DNA of 64,000 nt from Candidatus Calditenuis fumarioli (GCA_030059665.1 JANVYR010000003.1:32001-96000); one strand, 5' to 3'. Shown: positions 18,023-27,302, counted from the stretch's first letter. Numbers and translations are program-made. Notes: a model not told the origin generated them from the letters alone.

Positions 18023-20177
18023 GCTGCTGGACCTGAACGTCTCGCCCGACGGCGAGGGCATCGAGCTCTGGCTGAGGGAGGAGGACGGATCGGTCAGGAG
18101 CCACGCGGTCAGGTGGAGGCCGTCGATCTACGTCACCGGTCCCGAAAGCGAGCTCGAGAGGCTGGCGAGGGCCTTCGAGCGCTCCGAGATGGTGGAGGTC
18201 AGGGAGGATCCGGGAGGGAGGCCGGTGAGGGCCCTCAGGATCCGGGTGGGATTCGGGGAGAGGAGGGAGGTGGCGACGCGGATCGAGGAGCTCGGAGGTT
18301 ACAGGTCGCTGAGGGTCCACAACGTCGACGTTCCGGTGCTGCAGCAGTTCCTTTACGAGAACGGGGTCTTCCCGACGGCGCTCGTCGAGCTCGATCCCCG
18401 CTCCGGGTCCCTCAGGGCCCTCGACTCGAGGGAGGACCTGGAGTACGACGTGGGATGGATCAGGACGGCGCAGCTCGAGGTCTTCCCTGAGGCCGGAGGG
18501 AGGGTTCCGTCGTTCGATGACAGGCTGAGGGAGGTGAGGGTCGTTGCGTGCGGTGAGGAGGCCGTGCTCGACGGCGACGAGGTCTCGGTCCTCGAGGGGC
18601 TCGCGGGGCTGCTGGCGCGCTGGGACCCGGACGTGCTTCTGGTCCGCGGAGGAGACCAGTTCGTCATGCGCTATCTGCTTCACAGGGCTAGGTGCATCGG
18701 GATGAAGCTGGAGATGGGGAGGGCTCCCTCACGGAACAGACCGGGGCCGCCGGAGGTCTACTGGAGCTACGGGAGGGTCTACCGGAGGCACAGGCCCTTC
18801 AGGCTCAGGGGGAGGGTGCACGTCGACCCGGAGAACTCCTTCACCTTCGCGCACACCGGACTGCACGGCGTCATCGAGGTGGCCAGGACCTGCGTGGTAC
18901 CGCTCCACGACGCCGCTCGTTACACCATCGGCCAGTGCATGACCTCGCTCCAGTACGAGGTGGCCCACAGGTGGGGAGTGCTGGTGCCCTCAAAGCCCAC
19001 CAGGACGCTCTACCTCAGGCTCAGCGACCTGCTGCTGATGGACAGGGGAGGCCTCACGCTCGACCACAGGCCCGGGGTTTACTGGAACGTGGCGGAGCTG
19101 GACTTCCAGAGCATGTACCCCATGATCATGACGAGGTTCAACGTCAGCGCCGAGACCGTGAACTGCAGCTGCTGCGCGACCGACGGGATCCCGATCCCCG
19201 AGATGGGCGGCCACACCTGCAGGAGGAACAGGGGACTGGTTCCTGAGGCGATAGGGCTTCCGCTGAGGAAGAGGCTTGCCTACAAGCGGCTGATCCGTTC
19301 CCTCGGTCCCGCGGATTCAGCGGTTTACAAGGCGAGGGCCGACGCGCTGAAGTGGGTCCTCGTCTCCTCCTTCGGCTACCTCGGGTTCAGGAAGGCCAAG
19401 TTCGGGAGCAGGCTGGCCCACATGGCGGTCTGCGCCCACGCGAGGGCCGCGCTGCTGAGGGCCGTCAGGGTAGCTGAGGAGAACGGCTTCGAGGTGGTGC
19501 ACGGCATAGTCGACTCGCTCTGGGTCCGGCGCGAGGGCGCGACGGAGGAGGACTACGCCCGTCTGGCGGCCGAGGTCGAAGAGGCCACGGGCCTTCCCGT
19601 AAACCTCGAGGGGGTCTACCGGTGGATCGCGTTCCTCCCGTCCCGGACGGACCGCATGAGGCCCGTCAACGGCAGGTACTTCGGCGTCACGATCGACGGC
19701 CGGGTGAAGTGCAGGGGAATAGAGGCGAGGAGGAGGGACACGCCGGACCTGGTGAGGGAGATGCAGCTGGAGATGCTCGGGAGGCTCGCGAGGGCCCGCT
19801 CGCCGGAGGAGCTGAGGGACGCGGCTCTGGACTGCATCGGCCTGCTCAGGCGCTACGTCGCCCAGCTGGTCCTCGGACGCGTCGACCCCGAGCGGTTGGT
19901 ACTGACGAGGGTCCTCTCGAGGGACCCGGGGGCTTACAGGGTCAGGAGTCAGACGGCCCTGGCGGCCAGGTCGCTGGCGGCGCTGGGCGCGGAGGTCGGT
20001 GCGGGTTCCGCCGTGCGGTACGTGATCACCCCGTCAGGCCCCCTCCCCTATCCCCACTTCAGGCCCCACGACTTCTCCTCGACCGCCTACGTCGGGCTGC
20101 TCGTCAGGGCGGCCGATACCTTGCTTTCGGTCGTCCTCGGCCCCTCTTCGTTACCTAAATTTATGTGTTTCTCATAA
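18006..20177 (+). CDS. polB2: Family B DNA polymerase, PolB2 (Dpo2) group
   Basis: Motif A LDFQSMYP, motif B ALKWVLVSSFGYLG, variant motif C HGIVDS, GIEARRRD. Exonuclease motifs are degenerate. Confidence 0.92.
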   Translation: MAVRGRLLDLNVSPDGEGIELWLREEDGSVRSHAVRWRPSIYVTGPESELERLARAFERSEMVEVREDPGGRPVRALRIRVGFGERREVATRIEELGGYRSLRVHNVDVPVLQQFLYENGVFPTALVELDPRSGSLRALDSREDLEYDVGWIRTAQLEVFPEAGGRVPSFDDRLREVRVVACGEEAVLDGDEVSVLEGLAGLLARWDPDVLLVRGGDQFVMRYLLHRARCIGMKLEMGRAPSRNRPGPPEVYWSYGRVYRRHRPFRLRGRVHVDPENSFTFAHTGLHGVIEVARTCVVPLHDAARYTIGQCMTSLQYEVAHRWGVLVPSKPTRTLYLRLSDLLLMDRGGLTLDHRPGVYWNVAELDFQSMYPMIMTRFNVSAETVNCSCCATDGIPIPEMGGHTCRRNRGLVPEAIGLPLRKRLAYKRLIRSLGPADSAVYKARADALKWVLVSSFGYLGFRKAKFGSRLAHMAVCAHARAALLRAVRVAEENGFEVVHGIVDSLWVRREGATEEDYARLAAEVEEATGLPVNLEGVYRWIAFLPSRTDRMRPVNGRYFGVTIDGRVKCRGIEARRRDTPDLVREMQLEMLGRLARARSPEELRDAALDCIGLLRRYVAQLVLGRVDPERLVLTRVLSRDPGAYRVRSQTALAARSLAALGAEVGAGSAVRYVITPSGPLPYPHFRPHDFSSTAYVGLLVRAADTLLSVVLGPSSLPKFMCFS

Positions 20178-20222
20178 CTCTTGATATTGTGGTACCCAAA
20201 GTATCCGGCCACGTTTAAACAG

Positions 20223-20242
20223 TATATGCAAAATATATGCAA
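20223..20242 (+). repeat. Direct repeat TATATGCAA x2 (11-bp period) in an AT-rich promoter region
   Basis: Copies at 20223-20231 and 20234-20242. Confidence 0.65.
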
Positions 20243-20276
20243 TGATTAAATCCTAAAAATGCGGGATCATGGCGGC

Positions 20277-20486
20277 ATGACCTCGGTTCAGCAGGAGGTT
20301 CAGGTCAGGAAGGAGGGCAAGGAGGTAGCGAGGCGGAGCTACGCGGCCGGCTACAAGTACTGCAGCAGGTGCCGTGTGTACCATCTGACGGACAGCGTGA
20401 GGTGCCCGTACTGCGGCATACTGCTCAGGAACTCTCCGAGGAAGAAGAAGCCGGTGGACCCGTCGAAGTACGTCCGGGTCGAGTGA
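20277..20486 (+). CDS. Small basic Zn-ribbon protein
   Basis: YKYCSRCRVYHLTDSVRCPYCGILLRNSPRKKK. An alternative start is at 20259. Confidence 0.8.
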   Translation: MTSVQQEVQVRKEGKEVARRSYAAGYKYCSRCRVYHLTDSVRCPYCGILLRNSPRKKKPVDPSKYVRVE

Positions 20487-20610
20487 GCCGGCACCTCGAT
20501 CAGGCATCTGAGCTCGGCACCCGGAGGACTTTTTTCGCGGCATGAGCTCTGGGAGTTCAGCGGCTCTCCCACCGTAGGTTTCAAATGAAGGTGGCCCGAC
20601 GTTCGTTAGG

Positions 20611-21879
20611 GTGTTCGAGGAGGAGTACAAGAGGAGGCACGTCTTCGGGGCGGACTACGGCACCAGCGACTTCAAGTACGGACCGATAACGCTCGGCGAG
20701 CGGCCCCAGGTCGTCGAGAACAGGGGATACTTCCCGGAGAGGTCGATCGTCTCGGCGATAATGGGCGTCGAGCGGGAGGTCGTGGTGGGGAAGGACGTGG
20801 CCCTCTTCCTCGAGAGCGGAGCGGACCTCCTCGCACGGCTCGTCTACCCCATGAGGAGCGGCGTGATAGCCCGGGAGGACAGCAGGGCTTGGCGGGTGGT
20901 CGAGGAGCTGACGAGGTACGCGCTCAGCGAGTTCAAACCGAGGGTCTCCGTCGGCTTCAGCGGGTTCTACGTCGTCGCGGCGCTCTCCGCGGTCGCACCC
21001 GGGTACATGTACGAGAGGTTCTTCGAGGTCTTCGCGAGGCTCGCGGAGGAGGGCCTCGTCCGCTCCGCGACGGTGATACCGCAGCCTTTGGCGGTGGCGA
21101 TTGCCCACAGGACCACGTCATGCGTCGTGATAGAGAGCGGCCACGGGAACACGCAGGTGACCCCGATCTCGAGGGCCCCGATCAGGGGAGCCTTGGTGGC
21201 GCTGAACAGGGGAGGCGCGGACGCCAACGCGATAACCGCGGAGATCCTGAAGGACGCTGGCTACGGGGACCTGGCAAAGGAGGAGTCGTTCGTCAGGAAG
21301 GTGAAGGAGCAGCTGGGCCTGCTGCCGCTGGAGCTGGACAGGGCCGTCTCCTTCGCGAGGTCCAACCCCTCCGCGGTGAGGAAGCCGATCAAGATCCCCG
21401 GAACCAGGATAACGGTGGACCTCGGGGAGAACTCCTGGGCGAGGTTCCTCATCGGCGAGTACGTCTTCGACCCGAACAAGGAGGTCTTCGAGAGCTACTT
21501 CAGGCGTGGGCTGCCGAGGCCGAGGGACGTGAAGGTTGGCGACGCGATCTTCCACGGAACCATGCCCCTCTCGGAGGCGGTGGTGGCCGCGGTCGAGCGG
21601 TGCCCCGTCGAGCTCCAGCCCCACCTCTACAGCCAGGTCCTCCTCTCCGGCGGCAACCTCTCTTGGATTCCTCCTCCGGAGCTGAAGGGGATAGCTGTGG
21701 ACGCGGCGACGAGGCTCAGGTACGACCTCCAGAACATGGGCGTCGAGGGCGTCTCGGTAAGGCTCTCGGAGGAGCCCCAGTTCGCGGTCTGGCGTGGATG
21801 CATCGTCTTCGGCTACTCGGTTCCCCACGACTACCTCTGGAGCTGGGAGAGGATGGAGGGGTGGATGAGGTTCGGGTGA
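20611..21879 (+). CDS. Crenactin (archaeal actin)
   Basis: FGADYGTSDFKYGPIT, PQPLAVAIA, ESGHGNTQVTPIS, ALVALNRGGADANAIT, RFLIGEYVFDPN, LSGG, EPQFAVWRGCIVFG...W..EGW all align with crenactin as I recall it. Confidence 0.93.
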   Translation: MFEEEYKRRHVFGADYGTSDFKYGPITLGERPQVVENRGYFPERSIVSAIMGVEREVVVGKDVALFLESGADLLARLVYPMRSGVIAREDSRAWRVVEELTRYALSEFKPRVSVGFSGFYVVAALSAVAPGYMYERFFEVFARLAEEGLVRSATVIPQPLAVAIAHRTTSCVVIESGHGNTQVTPISRAPIRGALVALNRGGADANAITAEILKDAGYGDLAKEESFVRKVKEQLGLLPLELDRAVSFARSNPSAVRKPIKIPGTRITVDLGENSWARFLIGEYVFDPNKEVFESYFRRGLPRPRDVKVGDAIFHGTMPLSEAVVAAVERCPVELQPHLYSQVLLSGGNLSWIPPPELKGIAVDAATRLRYDLQNMGVEGVSVRLSEEPQFAVWRGCIVFGYSVPHDYLWSWERMEGWMRFG

Positions 21880-21887
21880 GCTGAGCC

Positions 21888-22313
21888 CTACCGTGATGGT
21901 GACGGTGCGAAGAGCTTCCTGATCTGCTCGTCGAGCAGCTGGATCAGCAGGTACACGCCCTCATAGTGCTTCCGCAGGTCTTCGGCATCCCTTATGAAGC
22001 CGTGGTAGAAGTTCGCGTGGAGCCTCTCCGCCTCCTTCACCGCGTCGATCACCCGCTTATCTCCGATGCTTTTGGCGAACTCCTCTAGGAACCTGATGGT
22101 ATCCCTGTGGGTTCTGAGGACGCCTTTCTGCCCCCGCAGCAGAATCGAGAGGGCGTTGGAGTAGCACGAGAGTATGCCCCACAGCATATCACCCGCTTTC
22201 TCGAGCTCGCCCCTCTGGATGAACTCTCTCAGGTTCTCTTGGTGTCTTTTCGAATGTTCCAAATACTCCGAGACGGTTCGGTAGACCTCCTCGTCGAACC
22301 CAGCGTGGCTCAT
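21888..22313 (-). CDS. PaREP1-family (HEPN-like) protein
   Basis: EKAGDMLWG...THRD...AERLHANFYHG, the PaREP1 signature. Confidence 0.85.
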   Translation of the reverse strand: MSHAGFDEEVYRTVSEYLEHSKRHQENLREFIQRGELEKAGDMLWGILSCYSNALSILLRGQKGVLRTHRDTIRFLEEFAKSIGDKRVIDAVKEAERLHANFYHGFIRDAEDLRKHYEGVYLLIQLLDEQIRKLFAPSPSR

Positions 22314-22555
22314 GTTCCAGCGGATTTCTCCTCATGCCACTCTTCAACCCTGCCCGTTGCCGCGCTGATCTTGGCGACGTACCGGCGGCCCGACGTCAGC
22401 AGCGTCACCTTGACCCGCCAATATTCCCCCTCGCGAACGACCTCCGAGACCTCCGCGAACAGCATCGGCAGGTTCGCAATTCTCGCCATCTCCAGGGCGA
22501 TAGCGGCAGCCTCCTCCGCGCTCTCGACGGGTTTCCTCGGCGCGACGGTCATCAT
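22310..22555 (-). CDS. Small PepSY-like-fold protein
   Basis: SAEEAAAIA...EYWRVKV...YVAKISAATGRVEEW. ATGA overlap with the PaREP1 gene. Confidence 0.65.
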   Translation of the reverse strand: MMTVAPRKPVESAEEAAAIALEMARIANLPMLFAEVSEVVREGEYWRVKVTLLTSGRRYVAKISAATGRVEEWHEEKSAGT

Positions 22556-22672
22556 TCCAACAGATGTGGTCAGGCAGTCGCAATAACGTTGACGGTTCAG
22601 ATCGCATCGCGTTCGCAGACGGCAACCGTTAATGCCGACGCTCTGAGCTCCGGGACAGTAGAGGGGCTCGCG

Positions 22673-23728
22673 ATGATCAGGGTCCTCTTCGACGTCCTGA
22701 CGCCGAAGCAGGCGTTGCTCTTCTGGGCGGTGGGGAAGGAGCTGAAGGAAAGGGGGATCGAGGTGAGCTACGTAGGACGCAGATACGCGCAGCTCGACTG
22801 GGTCGAACGGGCCCTCGGGATCGAGCTGAAACCCCTCGGTGAGTTCGGCGGTGGGACGCTGGAGGGGAAGCTCCTGGCGAGCACGGAGAGGCAGAGGCTG
22901 CTGGCGGAGGAGGTGATCGCATCAAGGCCCGACGTCACCGTCTCCAGCGGCTCGGTGGAGCTATGCAGGGTCTCGTACGGCCTCGGCATCAGGCACGTCC
23001 TGGTCTCCGACTCGCCGCACTCCCCGGTGAACAGGATCGCGGTACCGCTCTCGGACCTGATAGCGACGCCCGCCTTCATCCCGCTCGCGGAGTGGAGGAG
23101 GTGGTGCATCCAGAACGTCAGGGTCCTCAGGTACAGGGCGCTCGACCCGGTGGCATGGATGAGGAGGCTCGGCGACCTAACCGCGAACGGGCAGGCACCG
23201 GAGGGCGATTACTTCCTGGTCAGGCCGACGGAGCACATGGCCTCCTACTCGCTCGGAAGGGGACTCGCTGAGACCTTGAGCGTGGTCGAGGGTCTTCTGT
23301 CCTTTAGCGACGCTAAGGTCGTCGTGCTCGCGAGGTACCCCGAGGACGTCGCTGAGCTCAGGCGGCTCTACGATCCGAGGGTGGAGGTGGTGGCGGAGCC
23401 GAGGCTGGCGCTGCCGCTGATATCGCGCGCTCTGGCGGTCTTCTCGGGTGGAGGCACGATGGCACAGGAGGCCGCGCTGCTCGGCGTTCCGGTCTTCTCC
23501 TACTACCCCGGCGAGCTGCCGGCGGTCCACAGGTTCCTCGTGAGGAGGGGGCTGCTCTCGGTGCTGAGCGACCTGAGCAGGGAATCGATCGGACGGGCGG
23601 TGGCCGCCGCTGCGGACAGGAGGTTCAGGCGGAGGCTCGCGGAGAGGGCCCGGAGGCTGAGGGAGTCGATGGAGGACCCTGCGGTGGTGGTGGCCGAGGC
23701 CATCGCGAACCTCGCTGGTCGAAGGTAG
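22673..23728 (+). CDS. DUF354-family GT-B-fold protein
   Basis: VLFDVLTPKQALLF, GEFGGGTLEGKL, SGGGTMAQEAALLGVP. Start refined to ATG 22673. Confidence 0.85.
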   Translation: MIRVLFDVLTPKQALLFWAVGKELKERGIEVSYVGRRYAQLDWVERALGIELKPLGEFGGGTLEGKLLASTERQRLLAEEVIASRPDVTVSSGSVELCRVSYGLGIRHVLVSDSPHSPVNRIAVPLSDLIATPAFIPLAEWRRWCIQNVRVLRYRALDPVAWMRRLGDLTANGQAPEGDYFLVRPTEHMASYSLGRGLAETLSVVEGLLSFSDAKVVVLARYPEDVAELRRLYDPRVEVVAEPRLALPLISRALAVFSGGGTMAQEAALLGVPVFSYYPGELPAVHRFLVRRGLLSVLSDLSRESIGRAVAAAADRRFRRRLAERARRLRESMEDPAVVVAEAIANLAGRR

Positions 23729-23747
23729 TCGCCGCACGATCAGTTCT

Positions 23748-24026
23748 TCACCTGATGATCCTGAAGTCCCTGAACTCGCCCGTGGGCTCCTCGTACCTGA
23801 CCTCGACGCTCTCCACAACAGCCAGAGGAGGGCCGCGCCTGCACCACTCGACCGCCTCCCTCACGGCCTCCTCCTCGCCCTCGAAGACGGCCTCGACCCT
23901 GCCGTCGGGGAGGTTCCTGACCCAACCCGTAAGGCCGAGGCGGTCTGCGAGCTCCTTGGTGTGGGCCCTGAAGAAGACGCCCTGCACCCTCCCGGAGACC
24001 CAGACGTGGGCCCTTACCCTGGCCAT
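23748..24026 (-). CDS. acyP: Acylphosphatase
   Basis: [35 protein letters not shown]. Confidence 0.96.
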   Translation of the reverse strand: MARVRAHVWVSGRVQGVFFRAHTKELADRLGLTGWVRNLPDGRVEAVFEGEEEAVREAVEWCRRGPPLAVVESVEVRYEEPTGEFRDFRIIR

Positions 24027-24135
24027 CGCCCCCGCGTGATCAGCTCCTCTATTCTACCCTGCTCCACCCGCGTCGGCTGAAGGTCACACCGTCCTGGATA
24101 CTGCGGAGGACGCTGATATACGACGGCCCCTAATC

Positions 24136-25596
24136 GTGGGGAGGATGGAGGCCGCGTACGGAGGTTTCCTGCGGAGGTGCGCCGAGGCCGCGGAGAGGCT
24201 CTCCTCCCTCTTCCGTGAGAAGGCGAACGTGCTCGTGGTCGGACACAACGACGCCGACGCCCTCTCCTCGCTCGGGATACTCTGCGGCACCGCACATCTC
24301 CTCGACGCTACGTACGTGGCGGTCAGCGTACCGCGGATGGAGGAGGTCTTCGCGGACGAGTCGTACAGGGAGTTCGACGCGGTCGTCTTCGTGGACATGG
24401 GCAGCGGCTACCTGAACCTGATCGGAGAGCGGATCTCCGCGCCGGTGCTGGTGCTGGACCACCACAAACCCCTCCCGGTCGAGAGGCCTCCGAACGTCTT
24501 CCAGGTCAACCCCCACGACTTCGGGATCGACGGCTCGACGATGGTGAGCGCCTCCGGGGTGACGTACCTCGTATGCAGGAACGTGACCGAGGAGGCGAGG
24601 GTTTACTCTCCGGTGGCGGTTGTCGGGGCGCTCGGCGACCTCCAGGACAAGGACCACGGGAGGAGGCTCGTGGGGCTGAACGAGCTGGTGGTGAGGGAGG
24701 CCGAGGAGCTGGGGCTGATGAGGGTAGAGGAGGACCTGATCCTCTACGGGAAGGGGTTCAGGCCGATCCACGAGGCGCTGGCCTCTACGAACTCGCCCTT
24801 CCTGCCCGGGATAACGGGGAACGAGGCCGCTGCCCTCAAATTGGTCCTCTCCGCTGGGATCGAGCCCCGGAACGGCGACTCGTGGAGGACGATCTCGGAC
24901 CTGAGCCCGGAGGAGAAGGCGAGGCTCGTGGAGGCGCTGGCGTCGCACCTGAGCAGCGTTGGAGCACCCCAGTCTCTGATGAGCGAGCTCACCGGGTACG
25001 TCTACGAGCTAACAGGCGAGGAGCCCGGGACTCCCCTGAGGGACGCGAGGGAGTACGCGACGCTGCTGAACGCCTGCGGCAAGACCGGGAACGCCTGGAT
25101 AGGGATCTCGATCGCGATGGGCTCGAGGGGCTGGGTGATGAGGGAGGCGGAGAGGGTGCTGGCCGAGTACAGGTCCTCAGTGGCGAGGGCCATGGAGTTC
25201 GCGATGAGGAGGGAGGTGCGGGAGGAGATGAGGAACATAGTGGTCCTCAAGGGAGGCACGGAGATAGATCCGAGGCAGATCAGCTCGGTCGCCTCCATCC
25301 TCTCCTCGTCCAATCTGCTACCGCCGGACAAACCTCTGGTGGCGCTGGCACAGGAGGGAGGCATCGTCAAGGTCTCCGCGAGGGCATCTAGCGCGCTGGT
25401 CGAGCAGGGCCTGGACCTCGGAGAGGTGATGCGGGTTGCGGCCGAGAGGGTCGGCGGAAGGGGAGGTGGGCACAAGATGGCGGCCGGTGCGGAGTTCCCC
25501 GCGGACAGGACCACGCTCTTCCTCATCGAGGTCGACGGGCTCGTGGGAGAGGTGCTGGCGAGGGCGAGGGCCGGGAAGCAGCTGAGGCTGGTCTGA
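24136..25596 (+). CDS. RecJ/GAN (Cdc45-like) DHH phosphoesterase
   Basis: HNDADA, VDMGS, LDHH, GALGDLQD, GGGHKMAAG. Confidence 0.92.
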   Translation: MGRMEAAYGGFLRRCAEAAERLSSLFREKANVLVVGHNDADALSSLGILCGTAHLLDATYVAVSVPRMEEVFADESYREFDAVVFVDMGSGYLNLIGERISAPVLVLDHHKPLPVERPPNVFQVNPHDFGIDGSTMVSASGVTYLVCRNVTEEARVYSPVAVVGALGDLQDKDHGRRLVGLNELVVREAEELGLMRVEEDLILYGKGFRPIHEALASTNSPFLPGITGNEAAALKLVLSAGIEPRNGDSWRTISDLSPEEKARLVEALASHLSSVGAPQSLMSELTGYVYELTGEEPGTPLRDAREYATLLNACGKTGNAWIGISIAMGSRGWVMREAERVLAEYRSSVARAMEFAMRREVREEMRNIVVLKGGTEIDPRQISSVASILSSSNLLPPDKPLVALAQEGGIVKVSARASSALVEQGLDLGEVMRVAAERVGGRGGGHKMAAGAEFPADRTTLFLIEVDGLVGEVLARARAGKQLRLV

Positions 25597-25868
25597 TGAG
25601 GTCCTCCTCCACGGCGGAGATGAGGGTGAGGTTCTGCGACGAGGTCGAGGCCGAGGGCGCTCTGAGGTCGCTGGCTCCCGACAACGAACCGCTCCCCAAG
25701 GGCCTCTCGATCTCGATGGCGAGGGATGGGGTAGAGCTGGTGGTGAAGGTGGGCTGCGAGCGGGGAGTCGACTCGCTCCTGGCAACGCTGGACGAACTGC
25801 TGATGTCGCTCAACCTCGCCGAACGCGCCCTCTGCAGTCGCGTGAAGGGCTCGGGCTCCTCGGTCTAG
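25596..25868 (+). CDS. KEOPS Pcc1-family protein (paralogue 1)
   Basis: ALRSLAPDNEPLP...SLLATLDELLMSL. The position after a recJ-like gene is conserved in archaea. Confidence 0.85.
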   Translation: MRSSSTAEMRVRFCDEVEAEGALRSLAPDNEPLPKGLSISMARDGVELVVKVGCERGVDSLLATLDELLMSLNLAERALCSRVKGSGSSV

Positions 25869-27112
25869 GCGAACCTCTCGGGCGAGAGGTCACGGAGGAC
25901 TTCTGGCTCCTTCCCCTCAATCATCTCGGCCACGATCTTGCCTGTGGCGGCGCTGAGGGTTGCACCGAGCCTGCAGTGCCCAGCGGCCACGTACAGGTTC
26001 TCCGTTCCCCTGATCTTGCCGACGACGGGGAGACCGTCGGGCGTGCAGGGCCTTGAGCCGACCCAGGTGATCCGGAAGCCGAGGCCCTTCAGGACCGGCA
26101 GAACGGGAAGTGCCCAGCGGCGCATCCTCTCGAACTTCGCGTTATCGGGCGGAGCCTCCGGGGAGGCCAGCTCGAAGTAGGAGGAGAGCCTGAACTCGCC
26201 GGCCCTCGTCTGGCCGACTATGACCCTCTGGTCCGCGCAGATGACCGGTCTTGCGAGCCTTCGCTCCGAGGGTTCGGTCACCGCCAGATATCCCCTGCCG
26301 GCCACCACCGGGACGTCAAGGCCCGCTGATCTCAGCACCTTTCTGGTCCAGGCGCCGGCGCAGACCAAGAGCACCTCTGGCCTCTCCCTTCCGTTACGGG
26401 TCAGCGCGTAGGCCCTCCCGTCCTCGATCCCCACCGAGTCGACGAAGCCCTCGATCACCTCCACGCCCCTTCTGCGAAGGGCATCCGCGAAGGAGTAGAC
26501 CGTCCGCTGGGGGTTGATCCACAGATCATCGGGGTAGTAGAGGCCGCCGACCACATGCTCCGAGAGGAGCGGTTCCATCTCCCTGCACTCATCGCCGTCA
26601 AGGACCCTCACCCTGTAACCGAGCTCCCGCGACTCCCGGGACCGGAACTCCGATTCGTGCTCGAAGTTCTCCCTCGATGCGAAGACCTCGATCGACCCGG
26701 ACTCGTTCAGCTCCGCATCTATTCCCTCCCTTCTGATCACATCGAGCCAGAGGCTCCTGCTCTCGAGGAGGAGGCGCTGGAGGACCCTCGCCTTGACAGC
26801 GATCCGACCGGATCTTACCTCCGAGACGTACCTCGTCAGCCACCCCTTGGGACCGATCTCCCTGAGCGCGAATGAGGGCCTGATCGAGACGTAGGAGTCC
26901 CGCCGGAGGGTTAGCCGGATCAGCTTGAGGAGCCCCATCACCTCAGGGACCGCCGTGATGGAGCCCTGGTGGATGATGCCCGCGTTGCCCCACGAGGCAG
27001 CCCTGCTCAGGTCGCCCGCGTACACCCTGACGCGGTAACCCAGCTCGTGCAGCCGATAGGCGGAGTGGAGGCCCACGAAGCCCCCGCCGACGATTAGGAC
27101 CTCCCCACCCAT
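25865..27112 (-). CDS. FAD-dependent D-amino acid dehydrogenase-like oxidoreductase
   Basis: IVGGGFVG, ASWGNAG, GRGY, WVGSRPCTPDGLPVVG, AGHCRLGATLSAATG. Start refined to ATG 27112. Confidence 0.9.
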   Translation of the reverse strand: MGGEVLIVGGGFVGLHSAYRLHELGYRVRVYAGDLSRAASWGNAGIIHQGSITAVPEVMGLLKLIRLTLRRDSYVSIRPSFALREIGPKGWLTRYVSEVRSGRIAVKARVLQRLLLESRSLWLDVIRREGIDAELNESGSIEVFASRENFEHESEFRSRESRELGYRVRVLDGDECREMEPLLSEHVVGGLYYPDDLWINPQRTVYSFADALRRRGVEVIEGFVDSVGIEDGRAYALTRNGRERPEVLLVCAGAWTRKVLRSAGLDVPVVAGRGYLAVTEPSERRLARPVICADQRVIVGQTRAGEFRLSSYFELASPEAPPDNAKFERMRRWALPVLPVLKGLGFRITWVGSRPCTPDGLPVVGKIRGTENLYVAAGHCRLGATLSAATGKIVAEMIEGKEPEVLRDLSPERFA

Positions 27113-27164
27113 CCAACGTTCTTTCCGCTGCAAGTGTATTAACTGTTTGCGGAGAGGTATCTGT

Positions 27165-27266
27165 GGTTCGCGGCGTGAAGCCCGGAGGAACGGCCATCTC
27201 GGCTGGGGGAAGGCCCTTCGGTCGGAAGGGGCTGGAACGCTCAGGGGACCCACGAAGATGGCTTAT
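27165..27266 (+). ncRNA. Candidate structured ncRNA with RNase P-core-like motifs (unverified)
   Basis: GAGGAA-N3-CCATC pairs with GAA-GATGG-CTTA; nested stems GGCC/GGCT, CTTC/GAAG, GGC/GCC and GGTTC/GGACC. See findings. Confidence 0.3.
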
Positions 27267-27302
27267 TCTAATCGCTGGGTCGATGTACGACGGCTGAGGG
27301 GC

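Noticed and set aside
24036-24115. Possible C/D-box sRNA (GTGATCA...CTGA)
   Set aside because: The C box is imperfect and there are no convincing internal D'/C' boxes.
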